In this document: positions 33,159 to 43,777 of the stretch, piece by piece
How the letters are laid out: each line of letters begins with the position of its first letter
Position numbering within the stretch: position 1 is the stretch's first letter
NCBI GenBank assembly: GCA_000146045.2
Contig: BK006941.2
Span: forward strand, 480,001-544,000
Direction: 5' to 3'
DNA from: TPA_inf: Saccharomyces
Taxonomy: Eukaryota
DNA: 64,000 nucleotides
Made by a program: the position numbers and the translations under genes
The notes under the pieces: model-generated
Seen by the model: only the letters and a program-made list of their open reading frames with translations
The model's database searches: none
What the model was told of the DNA's origin: nothing

Positions 33159-34340
33159 ATGTCCTGTTCTCAAAATAAGACTTCTGTCAGTCTGGCCTGG
33201 CGTGAATGCATATCCATCGCTTCCGTCCTAATTGGCGCGTATGCATCATACAAATACTATAAGCTGTTCAAAACACGCGATATTCCACGTCCAAAAGAAG
33301 GCGTTGAAGAACTCATAGGAAACACTCCTCTGGTTAAGATCAGATCTCTTACCAAGGCTACTGGAGTTAACATTTACGCTAAGTTGGAGTTATGCAACCC
33401 AGCAGGAAGTGCTAAGGATAGAGTGGCTTTAAACATCATAAAGACGGCTGAGGAATTAGGCGAGCTCGTCAGAGGTGAACCTGGCTGGGTATTTGAAGGA
33501 ACAAGTGGGTCGACTGGTATCTCTATAGCAGTGGTCTGTAATGCGTTGGGTTATAGGGCACACATTTCTTTGCCCGATGACACATCGCTAGAAAAATTGG
33601 CATTACTAGAAAGCCTCGGTGCTACTGTTAATAAGGTTAAGCCCGCTAGTATTGTCGATCCAAACCAATACGTAAATGCCGCCAAAAAGGCATGTAATGA
33701 ACTAAAGAAGAGTGGTAATGGAATAAGAGCAGTTTTTGCCGATCAGTTCGAAAACGAAGCCAACTGGAAAGTACATTACCAGACCACAGGCCCAGAAATT
33801 GCCCATCAAACTAAGGGAAATATTGACGCATTCATTGCTGGCTGCGGTACTGGTGGCACCATAACTGGTGTGGCAAAATTCTTAAAGGAAAGAGCAAAGA
33901 TACCTTGCCATGTCGTTCTAGCGGATCCACAAGGATCTGGCTTTTATAATAGAGTCAACTATGGCGTGATGTATGACTATGTAGAGAAGGAAGGTACTAG
34001 AAGAAGGCATCAAGTTGACACTATCGTAGAAGGGATTGGGTTAAACAGAATCACTCATAATTTTCATATGGGCGAAAAGTTTATTGATGAATCAATACGA
34101 GTCAACGATAATCAAGCCATTAGAATGGCAAAATACCTATCGGTAAACGACGGGCTATTCGTGGGGAGTAGTACAGCTATTAATGCGGTAGCCGCTATTC
34201 AGGTTGCAAAAACGCTTCCTCACGGCTCAAACATTGTGATTATTGCATGCGACAGCGGTTCAAGACACCTAAGTAAATTCTGGAAAGAAGCTAAAGAAAT
34301 CGATCACGACGTGTCATTAGAAGAAGTAATAAATATCTAA
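33159..34340 (+). CDS. MCY1: Cysteine synthase-like PLP enzyme (CysK/CBS family) with N-terminal TM anchor, 393 aa
   Basis: PLP-lysine motif NPAGSAKDR, a glycine-rich loop GCGTGGTITG, and an N-terminal hydrophobic segment. It matches YGR012W. Confidence 0.8.
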   Translation: MSCSQNKTSVSLAWRECISIASVLIGAYASYKYYKLFKTRDIPRPKEGVEELIGNTPLVKIRSLTKATGVNIYAKLELCNPAGSAKDRVALNIIKTAEELGELVRGEPGWVFEGTSGSTGISIAVVCNALGYRAHISLPDDTSLEKLALLESLGATVNKVKPASIVDPNQYVNAAKKACNELKKSGNGIRAVFADQFENEANWKVHYQTTGPEIAHQTKGNIDAFIAGCGTGGTITGVAKFLKERAKIPCHVVLADPQGSGFYNRVNYGVMYDYVEKEGTRRRHQVDTIVEGIGLNRITHNFHMGEKFIDESIRVNDNQAIRMAKYLSVNDGLFVGSSTAINAVAAIQVAKTLPHGSNIVIIACDSGSRHLSKFWKEAKEIDHDVSLEEVINI

Positions 34341-34553
34341 CATAGATGTATAAATCAGTACTGAGTTATCTTCTATTAAATTGTAGGAACAAATATAAAA
34401 AAGCAGTTTTCGCTGCTACATTTTTTGCTACTTTCCGTGGTAATGATGCCCGCTAAAAAGTGCAAAAGTAATTAGATAGATCAAGAACAAAAACAGACCA
34501 GGACCAAAATCAAGCTCATAAAAGTTCCTTAAGAGTACGTCGATTTACAGAAC

Positions 34554-36416
34554 ATGAGGGATATTGTATTTGTATCACCGCAGCTGTATTTGTCATCACA
34601 GGAGGGTTGGAAAAGTGATTCTGCCAAAAGTGGGTTCATCCCTATCCTCAAAAATGATCTACAACGTTTTCAGGACTCATTAAAACATATAGTTGACGCC
34701 AGAAACAGCTTATCAGAGACACTGCTAAATAGCAACGATGATGGGAGTATACACAATTCTGACCAGAATACTGGTTTGAATAAAGACAAAGAGGCTTCAA
34801 TAGCAGATAACAATAGTGCTAACAAGTGCGCCACAAGCTCTTCCCGTTACCAAGAGCTCAAACAATTTCTTCCCATTTCCTTAGACCAACAGATTCATAC
34901 AGTATCTTTACAAGGTGTCTCTTCATCATTTTCTCGCGGACAGATAGAATCATTGCTAGACCACTGTTTGAATTTAGCGTTGACTGAAACTCAAAGCAAT
35001 TCCGCATTGAAAGTAGAAGCTTGGTCTTCTTTTTCTTCGTTTTTAGATACCCAGGACATTTTTATAAGATTCAGTAAGGTTGATGAAGATGAGGCATTTG
35101 TTAATACGCTGAACTACTGCAAAGCCTTATTCGCGTTTATTAGAAAGCTACATGAGGATTTCAAGATTGAGTTACACTTGGATTTGAACACAAAAGAATA
35201 TGTCGAAGACCGAACAGGAACTATACCGAGTGTTAAGCCAGAAAAGGCTAGCGAATTTTATTCTGTTTTCAAAAACATTGAAGATCAAACAGACGAAAGA
35301 AATTCAAAGAAAGAACAGTTGGATGACTCTTCCACACAATACAAAGTGGATACAAACACTTTAAGTGATTTGCCATCGGATGCTTTGGACCAATTGTGCA
35401 AGGATATAATAGAATTTAGGACAAAAGTTGTCAGTATAGAGAAAGAAAAAAAAATGAAAAGTACGTACGAGGAAAGTAGGCGTCAAAGACACCAAATGCA
35501 AAAAGTTTTTGATCAAATAAGGAAAAACCACTCAGGAGCCAAAGGGAGCGCCAATACAGAGGAGGAGGATACTAATATGGAAGATGAAGATGAGGAGGAT
35601 GACACTGAAGACGACCTTGCCTTAGAGAAGAGAAAAGAAGAAAGAGACCTGGAAGAATCAAATCGTAGATATGAGGATATGTTACACCAATTACATTCCA
35701 ATACAGAGCCTAAGATAAAATCCATTAGGGCTGATATCATGAGTGCTGAAAACTATGAGGAACATTTGGAGAAAAATCGCTCATTATATTTGAAGGAGCT
35801 ATTACACCTTGCCAACGACGTTCATTACGACCACCATAGATCTTTCAAGGAGCAAGAGGAAAGAAGGGACGAAGAGGATAGAGCTAAAAATGGAAATGCA
35901 AAGGAACTGGCGCCTATACAACTATCGGATGGTAAGGCCATATCTGCAGGGAAGGCTGCCGCCATCACCCTTCCTGAAGGCACTGTGAAGAGCGAGAACT
36001 ATAACGCGGACAAGAATGTGTCTGAGAGCTCAGAACACGTCAAGATCAAATTCGACTTTAAGAAGGCTATTGATCACTCAGTTGAAAGCTCTAGCGAAGA
36101 CGAGGGATACAGAGAGAGCGAGCTACCTCCAACAAAACCCTCCGAGAGAAGCGCGGCAGAGGACCGTTTGCCATTTACAGCAGATGAACTGAACATAAGA
36201 CTAACTAATCTGAAGGAATCGCGCTACGTGGACGAACTGGTGCGTGAATTCCTCGGCGTCTACGAGGACGAGCTGGTGGAATACATTCTTGAGAACATCC
36301 GCGTGAACCAGAGCAAACAGGCCCTTTTAAATGAGCTAAGGGAGACTTTCGACGAGGACGGGGAAACGATAGCTGATAGACTGTGGAGTCGTAAAGAATT
36401 TCGCTTGGGGACCTGA
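34554..36416 (+). CDS. SNU71: U1 snRNP-specific protein Snu71, 620 aa
   Basis: 620-aa ORF with acidic/RE-rich tracts, recognised as YGR013W. Confidence 0.8.
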   Translation: MRDIVFVSPQLYLSSQEGWKSDSAKSGFIPILKNDLQRFQDSLKHIVDARNSLSETLLNSNDDGSIHNSDQNTGLNKDKEASIADNNSANKCATSSSRYQELKQFLPISLDQQIHTVSLQGVSSSFSRGQIESLLDHCLNLALTETQSNSALKVEAWSSFSSFLDTQDIFIRFSKVDEDEAFVNTLNYCKALFAFIRKLHEDFKIELHLDLNTKEYVEDRTGTIPSVKPEKASEFYSVFKNIEDQTDERNSKKEQLDDSSTQYKVDTNTLSDLPSDALDQLCKDIIEFRTKVVSIEKEKKMKSTYEESRRQRHQMQKVFDQIRKNHSGAKGSANTEEEDTNMEDEDEEDDTEDDLALEKRKEERDLEESNRRYEDMLHQLHSNTEPKIKSIRADIMSAENYEEHLEKNRSLYLKELLHLANDVHYDHHRSFKEQEERRDEEDRAKNGNAKELAPIQLSDGKAISAGKAAAITLPEGTVKSENYNADKNVSESSEHVKIKFDFKKAIDHSVESSSEDEGYRESELPPTKPSERSAAEDRLPFTADELNIRLTNLKESRYVDELVREFLGVYEDELVEYILENIRVNQSKQALLNELRETFDEDGETIADRLWSRKEFRLGT

Positions 36417-36942
36417 AACAGAAGGGCCTTGGCGCGCGTCCCAAAAGGGAAAGGCTCGCTCTGAAACAGGCGAAGACACGAAAACAAATTACCGTTTCGG
36501 GGCGTTTTGCAGCAAGTGGCTAGACACGTCGGGCGTTGCCAGATCAAAATAGCACCAGTGGGTGTTTTTTTACTATCTCATCTTCGTGCTGATATATATA
36601 ACTTTTATACATTTCCATAGTACCAAGTTCTTTATTTCCTGCATTTTTACATTTATAATAGATTACCAAAACTATTCGACCTCACCAAGGGACCCCATAA
36701 TATTGCTAAAATAATCTTACCTGTTTTTTACCATTTTTTTCTTTTTTTCCAGAAGTAATAAGCTCTCTCTTAGAAGAACTAAAAGCATCTGACTTCGGCT
36801 CGTTCCAACCGACCAAAATATTTGTGAAAATATTATTCATTCCTTTAACGACTTATTGTGTATTCTGTTCATCTCTAGCTGGCTTCCACCTCGTTTCCTA
36901 TTTTTATTGACTTTTCATTAGGCTTCCTAATTATACCCATCT

Positions 36943-39900
36943 ATGCAGTTTCCATTCGCTTGTCTCCTATCGACCCTTGTAATTAGTGGGTCATTGGCCC
37001 GGGCCAGCCCCTTCGACTTTATATTCGGCAATGGAACGCAACAAGCTCAGAGCCAAAGCGAGAGTCAAGGTCAAGTTTCTTTCACCAATGAAGCTTCTCA
37101 GGATAGTTCCACCACCTCTTTGGTAACAGCCTATTCTCAAGGTGTTCATTCGCACCAGTCTGCAACAATAGTGAGTGCCACAATCTCTTCCCTCCCATCT
37201 ACTTGGTATGATGCGAGCTCCACTTCCCAGACTTCTGTGTCATATGCCAGTCAAGAATCCGACTATGCCGTTAATCAAAACTCTTGGAGCGCGTCTACTA
37301 ATCAACTGCCATCTACCAGTACGACAAGCTACTATGCGCCAACCTTCAGTACATCGGCCGATTTTGCTGCTTCTAGTGTAAATGCAGCTTCTGATGTCTC
37401 CACTGCCAGTGTTCCCATTGATACGAGTGCTAATTCTATCCCTTTCACAACTACAAGTAACATAGAGACTACAACGAGTGCACCTCTCACTTCGGACACT
37501 CCACTTATTTCCACTAGTACGATGTCCGCAGCTGATAACGTATTTTCGTCAGCAAACCCTATTTCTGCCTCCCTAACAACCACCGATAGTTCAGAAAGTT
37601 TTGACCAAACTTCGACTGCTGGTGCCATTCCGGTGCAAAGTTCAGCAGATTTTAGTAGTTCTAGTGAAATTTTAGTACAAAGTTCGGCGGATTTCAGTAG
37701 CCCTAGTTCTCCAACTACTACCGATATATCGCTATCAGCTGCCCCACTGCAAACAAGTGAATCAAGCAGTTTTACCACTGCATCAGCAGCTCTACCAGTA
37801 AGTTCAACAGACGTTGATGGCTCAAGCGCCTCACCTGTAGTGAGCATGAGCGCCGCAGGACAAATAGCTAGCTCAAGCAGCACAGATAATCCAACTATGT
37901 CAGAAACCTTTTCGTTAACATCTACAGAAGTTGATGGTTCCGATGTTTCATCAACAGTGAGCGCATTATTATCGGCTCCTTTTTTACAAACAAGTACTTC
38001 CAACAGTTTCAGCATTGTTAGCCCATCGGTATCTTTTGTTCCATCACAGAGTTCCTCAGACGTTGCTAGCTCCAGTACTGCAAATGTAGTTAGTTCATCC
38101 TTTTCTGATATTCCACCGCAAACTAGTACCTCAGGGAGCGTAGTTTCGGTAGCGCAATCCGCATCTGCCCTCGCATTTCAAAGTTCAACAGAGGTATATG
38201 GTGCCAGTGCCTCGAGCACAATGAGTTCATTATTATCAACTACTTCGCTACAGTCTACTACTTTGGATAGCTCAAGTTTAGCTAGCTCCTCTGCGTCGAG
38301 TTCAGACCTTACAGATTATGGCGTCTCCAGTACAGCAAGCATACCGCTGTTGTCAGCCTCAGAACAAGCAAGTACTTCCAGCAGTTTTAGCGTTGTTAGC
38401 CCTTCGGTATCTTTTGTTCCATCACAAAGTTCCTCAGATGTTGCTAGCACCAGTGCTCCAAGTGTAGTTAGTTCATCCTTTTCTTATACTTCACTGCAAG
38501 CAGGTGGCTCTAGCATGACCAATCCCTCTTCATCAACTATAGTATATTCAAGTAGTACTGGCAGTTCTGAGGAATCCGCTGCATCTACAGCTTCTGCAAC
38601 ACTGTCGGGCTCCTCGTCTACTTATATGGCAGGAAATTTGCAATCACAGCCTCCATCCACTTCAAGTTTGCTTTCGGAGTCTCAAGCTACAAGCACTTCA
38701 GCTGTGCTAGCTAGCAGTTCTGTTTCTACAACTTCACCCTATACCACTGCAGGTGGTGCATCTACAGAGGCCTCATCCCTCATATCATCTACATCTGCGG
38801 AAACTTCCCAGGTAAGTTATTCACAAAGCACAACTGCATTGCAAACTTCCTCATTCGCATCGTCTTCAACAACAGAAGGAAGTGAAACATCTAGTCAAGG
38901 TTTTTCTACCAGCTCTGTTTTAGTTCAAATGCCTTCTTCGATTTCCAGCGAATTCTCACCCTCTCAGACGACAACTCAAATGAATTCTGCAAGCTCATCA
39001 TCTCAGTACACTATATCATCCACTGGTATACTTTCTCAGGTTTCAGACACATCGGTGTCTTATACAACTTCAAGTTCGTCTGTTTCTCAAGTTTCAGACA
39101 CACCAGTTTCTTATACAACTTCAAGTTCGTCTGTTTCTCAAGTTTCAGACACACCGGTTTCTTATACAACTTCAAGTTCGTCTGTTTCTCAAGTTTCAGA
39201 CACACCAGTTTCTTATACAACTTCAAGTTCATCTGTTTCTCAAGTTTCAGACACACCGGTTTCTTATACAACTTCAAGTTCGTCCGTTTCTCAAGTTTCA
39301 GACACGTCAGTACCTTCTACAAGTTCCAGATCGTCCGTTTCTCAAGTCTCAGACACTCCGGTGCCTTCTACAAGTTCAAGGTCGTCCGTTTCTCAAACAT
39401 CTAGCTCACTACAGCCCACCACTACATCCTCCCAACGTTTCACCATTTCCACTCATGGAGCGCTTTCTGAAAGTAGTTCTGTTAGCCAACAAGCTTCTGA
39501 GATTACTAGCTCAATCAATGCAACAGCTTCCGAATACCATAGCATCCAGACAACCGCGGCTACTCAATCCACAACTCTATCTTTTACCGACGCAAACAGC
39601 AGTTCTGCTTCCGCTCCATTGGAAGTGGCAACGTCTACGCCAACCCCATCTTCAAAGGCATCCTCTCTGTTGCTTACACCATCAACATCCTCTTTAAGTC
39701 AGGTTGCTACAAATACTAATGTACAGACGAGTTTAACAACGGAATCGACGACCGTTTTAGAACCATCAACGACTAACAGTTCCAGTACGTTTAGTCTGGT
39801 CACTTCAAGTGACAACAATTGGTGGATTCCAACTGAGTTAATCACGCAGGCACCAGAAGCTGCATCCACTGCATCTTCTACCGTTGGAGGAACACAAACT

Positions 39901-40863
39901 ATGACTTTGCCCCATGCAATTGCAGCCGCGACACAAGTTCCCGAGCCTGAGGGCTACACCCTAATCACAATAGGGTTCAAAAAAGCTTTGAACTACGAAT
40001 TTGTTGTATCAGAACCAAAATCATCGGCTCAAATCTTCGGATACTTGCCTGAAGCTCTGAACACACCTTTTAAGAACGTATTCACAAACATTACGGTACT
40101 ACAAATAGTGCCATTACAGGATGACTCACTCAACTACTTAGTAAGTGTTGCTGAAGTATACTTTCCAACTGCAGAAATAGAGGAGCTGTCAAATCTAATT
40201 ACCAACTCTTCAAGCGCTTTTTACACGGATGGAATGGGTACAGCAAAATCTATGGCTGCAATGGTTGATTCCTCAATACCGCTAACGGGCCTCTTACACG
40301 ATAGTAACAGCAACTCTGGCGGATCTTCGGACGGATCCTCCTCCAGTAATTCGAACTCAGGATCTTCAGGTTCAGGATCTAATTCGAACTCCGGTGTGTC
40401 TTCATCTTCCGGAAATTCCTATCAAGATGCCGGTACTTTGGAATATTCATCCAAATCTAACTCCAACGTATCCACTTCTAGCAAATCAAAGAAAAAAATC
40501 ATTGGTTTAGTTATCGGCGTTGTTGTTGGTGGATGCTTATATATTTTATTCATGATTTTTGCTTTCAAGTATATCATAAGAAGGCGGATTCAAAGTCAAG
40601 AAATTATCAAGAACCCAGAAATTTCCAGTATCAGTTCAAGTGAATTTGGTGGAGAGAAAAATTACAATAATGAAAAGAGAATGAGCGTTCAAGAATCCAT
40701 AACACAATCTATGCGAATTCAAAATTGGATGGATGATAGTTACTATGGTCACGGGTTGACAAATAATGACTCAACTCCAACCAGGCACAATACATCGAGT
40801 TCCATACCAAAAATTTCAAGACCAATTGCTAGCCAAAACTCCCTGGGTTGGAACGAAGTTTGA
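36943..40863 (+). CDS. MSB2: Signalling mucin / osmosensor (HOG and filamentous-growth pathways), 1306 aa
   Basis: Signal peptide, huge Ser/Thr-rich extracellular domain with tandem repeats, a single TM segment (IIGLVIGVVVGGCLYILFMIFAF) and a short cytoplasmic tail. It matches YGR014W. Confidence 0.9.
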   Translation: MQFPFACLLSTLVISGSLARASPFDFIFGNGTQQAQSQSESQGQVSFTNEASQDSSTTSLVTAYSQGVHSHQSATIVSATISSLPSTWYDASSTSQTSVSYASQESDYAVNQNSWSASTNQLPSTSTTSYYAPTFSTSADFAASSVNAASDVSTASVPIDTSANSIPFTTTSNIETTTSAPLTSDTPLISTSTMSAADNVFSSANPISASLTTTDSSESFDQTSTAGAIPVQSSADFSSSSEILVQSSADFSSPSSPTTTDISLSAAPLQTSESSSFTTASAALPVSSTDVDGSSASPVVSMSAAGQIASSSSTDNPTMSETFSLTSTEVDGSDVSSTVSALLSAPFLQTSTSNSFSIVSPSVSFVPSQSSSDVASSSTANVVSSSFSDIPPQTSTSGSVVSVAQSASALAFQSSTEVYGASASSTMSSLLSTTSLQSTTLDSSSLASSSASSSDLTDYGVSSTASIPLLSASEQASTSSSFSVVSPSVSFVPSQSSSDVASTSAPSVVSSSFSYTSLQAGGSSMTNPSSSTIVYSSSTGSSEESAASTASATLSGSSSTYMAGNLQSQPPSTSSLLSESQATSTSAVLASSSVSTTSPYTTAGGASTEASSLISSTSAETSQVSYSQSTTALQTSSFASSSTTEGSETSSQGFSTSSVLVQMPSSISSEFSPSQTTTQMNSASSSSQYTISSTGILSQVSDTSVSYTTSSSSVSQVSDTPVSYTTSSSSVSQVSDTPVSYTTSSSSVSQVSDTPVSYTTSSSSVSQVSDTPVSYTTSSSSVSQVSDTSVPSTSSRSSVSQVSDTPVPSTSSRSSVSQTSSSLQPTTTSSQRFTISTHGALSESSSVSQQASEITSSINATASEYHSIQTTAATQSTTLSFTDANSSSASAPLEVATSTPTPSSKASSLLLTPSTSSLSQVATNTNVQTSLTTESTTVLEPSTTNSSSTFSLVTSSDNNWWIPTELITQAPEAASTASSTVGGTQTMTLPHAIAAATQVPEPEGYTLITIGFKKALNYEFVVSEPKSSAQIFGYLPEALNTPFKNVFTNITVLQIVPLQDDSLNYLVSVAEVYFPTAEIEELSNLITNSSSAFYTDGMGTAKSMAAMVDSSIPLTGLLHDSNSNSGGSSDGSSSSNSNSGSSGSGSNSNSGVSSSSGNSYQDAGTLEYSSKSNSNVSTSSKSKKKIIGLVIGVVVGGCLYILFMIFAFKYIIRRRIQSQEIIKNPEISSISSSEFGGEKNYNNEKRMSVQESITQSMRIQNWMDDSYYGHGLTNNDSTPTRHNTSSSIPKISRPIASQNSLGWNEV
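39031..39402 (+). repeat. Tandem 51-bp (17-aa) coding repeats inside MSB2 (about 7 units, SQVSDTPVSYTTSSSSV)
   Basis: Near-identical 51-nt units are directly visible, and the last two units are diverged (…SVPSTSSRSSV…). Confidence 0.85.
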
Positions 40864-41089
40864 TAGCAATGTCTGCAGAGACTTTCTCCGCTTGCATAAC
40901 CTTATAAACTTATAACGATACCTACTTATTTCATATCTTATGTATAGTTCTCCTTCAAGGAGACGTTGTTTTAATACTTTTATCTATTCCATTTATCATT
41001 ATCTACTTTGTAATCAAAGATCGAAGCACTGCTGTGTGCGTTGATTTGGGCCTGACACGAGAAGAAAGTGCGTTACGTACATCAAGATT

Positions 41090-42076
41090 TTATTCAAAAT
41101 CCAGCGTCTCCTCCGCAAAAAAGTTCAGAATACATTTGAATGAGTCCTCTGGATTCTCCAACAGTAAATTATGCCCAGTATTAAATTCTCGGACATCAGC
41201 ACAGGGAAAGTTATACCTCAGGAGGGAATAATCATTGTTAATAAAGTTAGACTGCAGGCCTTTCATGAATAAAACTTTACGACTGGCTGTGCCTTTTTGG
41301 AAGAAGTCCCTTTGGTTCGATAGATCCGGCCATTTTTTCACTTCATCCAACAGGTTCGGCATGCTGGAGAGAGGCATTGAGTAATTTATATAAGGATCAT
41401 GCTGTTGTTGTTCATAGTGTAACTGTGCTTGGTGTACATTATTGGATTTTACAGAAAGAAAACCGTTGGCAAAGTAGAGTGCCACAGCTCCACCACATTT
41501 CCTCTTATTACATTCCAAACTTTTGAAAAGCTCAAGAACTTTTTTCTGCCAGCTGGGGGAACCTCTTAAAATCTTGACATCTCTGCGGATAATCCGCATT
41601 ATTAAGTCATAGTTTTGTAATATCATGGGATCTAATTCTGGGGTTTCATAAGGCGGTAAATCAATTGATATACACTTTCGTATATTAATATTCTTGTACA
41701 ATGTGGTTAATAATGCAATTTTACCACCCATAGAGAATCCCAGTAAATAAATAGGTCTCTCCAAGCCAATATGAGTTTCAATAAAATAAATCAAATCATT
41801 GGTCAGTGTAGTGTAGTCATAAGGTATTGCTTTTGGTGAAATGCCATGATTTCTTACATCAACAGAAAAAATATCCGCGTCAAGCTTCCTTGAAAGAAGC
41901 TTATTGAGAGAATGAAACATCACGTGTGAGCCCAAAAGGCCATGGATGTTAATAATTGCAGGTCTTTGCTCGAATTTTATTAGCGATGAAACATCTGAGG
42001 GTAAACGCGTTCTATGGAATGATAAATCGACAATTATTTTATAAGGTAGCGCTTTATTATGCGCTAGTCTCGACAT
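41090..42076 (-). CDS. Alpha/beta-hydrolase fold protein (YGR015C; likely Eat1-family mitochondrial acyltransferase/hydrolase), 328 aa
   Basis: GXSXG nucleophile elbow (GFSMGG) and an HG oxyanion motif (NIHGLLGS), typical of the abhydrolase family. Confidence 0.75.
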   Translation of the reverse strand: MSRLAHNKALPYKIIVDLSFHRTRLPSDVSSLIKFEQRPAIINIHGLLGSHVMFHSLNKLLSRKLDADIFSVDVRNHGISPKAIPYDYTTLTNDLIYFIETHIGLERPIYLLGFSMGGKIALLTTLYKNINIRKCISIDLPPYETPELDPMILQNYDLIMRIIRRDVKILRGSPSWQKKVLELFKSLECNKRKCGGAVALYFANGFLSVKSNNVHQAQLHYEQQQHDPYINYSMPLSSMPNLLDEVKKWPDLSNQRDFFQKGTASRKVLFMKGLQSNFINNDYSLLRYNFPCADVREFNTGHNLLLENPEDSFKCILNFFAEETLDFE

Positions 42077-42260
42077 TTGTAAGCCCTCTTCCCACGGTTC
42101 CTTTTATTTTGCAGTTTGTATACGTCTCGACCTTGGCATGAGACAAAAACAGTTTCCCCAAAAGACGCGCTGTGGTATTCAGTAAAGGCTGGTTTCTATG
42201 ATAGGTTGAGTTTAGAATAATTTTTAAACAGGATACTAAGATAAAGCAAATATTTCAATC

Positions 42261-42833
42261 ATGTCCAGATTAAGAAGATTCAATAGAAAGATCTTAAGCT
42301 TGAGTTCTGACTACACTCATGACGGTGAATCTGATCAAGAAGATGTATCCATATTACCATTAGATACAGAAGAGCAGGAAGAACTCATACAAAAATTTGA
42401 GACTAATGCTCACATCACAAATAAGCTGTACATAAACCTGTTAAGCATATTGTATTTGCTATATGGCGGACTGCTAATGATACTCGTAAGAAAATCGCGA
42501 GGGTATATTAAGTTAGCACTTCTTGCTGGCGCTAATTCTTTGATCTGTTCGTGCATCACACTTAGATATGATATTGTAAACGACTATCTTTTGTTCAAAA
42601 AGTTTAAGTTAAGAGTGAGCAATTTTTCTATTAACATAATAAACATTATTTTACTAGTACTTATGGCTTGGATAAGTTTCAATCATGTGGTCGAAGATAA
42701 AAAAACGGTGCTCTGTTTGCAAGTTCCAATGTTTTTATTCTGGGTCGCTGTGCTTGTGAAAAGATGGGCTCGAAATATCGAAGATGAAATCGCAGATCTA
42801 AGATGCTTGAAATACAAATACAAAAATGCTTAG
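42261..42833 (+). CDS. Small multi-pass membrane protein of unknown function (YGR016W), 190 aa
   Basis: 190-aa ORF with several hydrophobic helices, in the expected position between YGR015C and YGR017W. Confidence 0.65.
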   Translation: MSRLRRFNRKILSLSSDYTHDGESDQEDVSILPLDTEEQEELIQKFETNAHITNKLYINLLSILYLLYGGLLMILVRKSRGYIKLALLAGANSLICSCITLRYDIVNDYLLFKKFKLRVSNFSINIINIILLVLMAWISFNHVVEDKKTVLCLQVPMFLFWVAVLVKRWARNIEDEIADLRCLKYKYKNA

Positions 42834-43777
42834 TTCTATATCGCGACGTATTGTAATATTCATTGGTTAGTATATTCCGGAATATTTATTACTAATATTA
42901 CAAATTGATTGGTTGGCAGCTCCTTATTTGTGAACAAGGCCAAAAAGTACTGCTACGAGCTTATTCAAGCATACATATATATAGCTTTAATTCCAAAATC
43001 ATCGTCACAGGAATCTGCTTTAAAATCCAGTAAAAGACTAACCTAGTCAAAGGGGACATAGAATAGCTTACAAGAGGATTCAGTTTGGAGCTAACACTTT
43101 CTTCGGAACTTTCCAGCTTCGTACAAAAGTGCAGATACGTTAAAAGATCAGTTTATCCGTATGTTTTGAAAAGGCTATCTAGTGCAGAAGTCTCTAATTT
43201 CAATATAATAGCTTGCTAAATAGTCTTCGAGGCGTTGCATATCTATCAAGAAAACAACATGACCAATGTACCTAGAATTATAATTAAGTAGATGATGCCA
43301 ATGAGGTGAGCGAGCAAAACCATGTCAATTGGATAGTATGAATAAACCGCCATTAATCATTGGTGACACGCCTGTTATGTCTTTCTAAGGTACATAAAAT
43401 ACAGCAGTGATAATGTCGATTACGTCCAAGAGGAATGTTTAGCAATATTGCCGTCACATTAACAATACTAATCTTCTCGTTGCGGTCCATTCATTTCCGC
43501 GGAGTTTACTGTCGAAAGGTTTTTTTTTTTTCCGCAGCATTTGGAAAACAATTGATGTGAGTAATTTAGAACAAAATATACGGCAGTAATCTCCCAAATT
43601 TGCGATACTACCACAATTCAAGATCGTGCGCGAGAGTAAGTCGAGCACGGTGCTGTATATTTTCATACATTATACATTCGAGGACCTTTCACCAAACAAG
43701 AGGAACTTAGCTGATACTAAACGAAGATTAGAAAAAGAGCAAAAAAAAACAAAAAAAGAACCACCGAAACATTAAAA

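Noticed and set aside
37332-38015. 227-aa antisense ORF inside MSB2, and a repeat-derived 88-aa ORF at 39011-39277
   Set aside because: These are products of stop-poor Ser/Thr/Ala-rich low-complexity sequence and tandem repeats. The 39011-39277 ORF is a periodic peptide (KLYKKPVCLKLEKQTN repeated) that mirrors the sense-strand repeat, with no independent coding signal.
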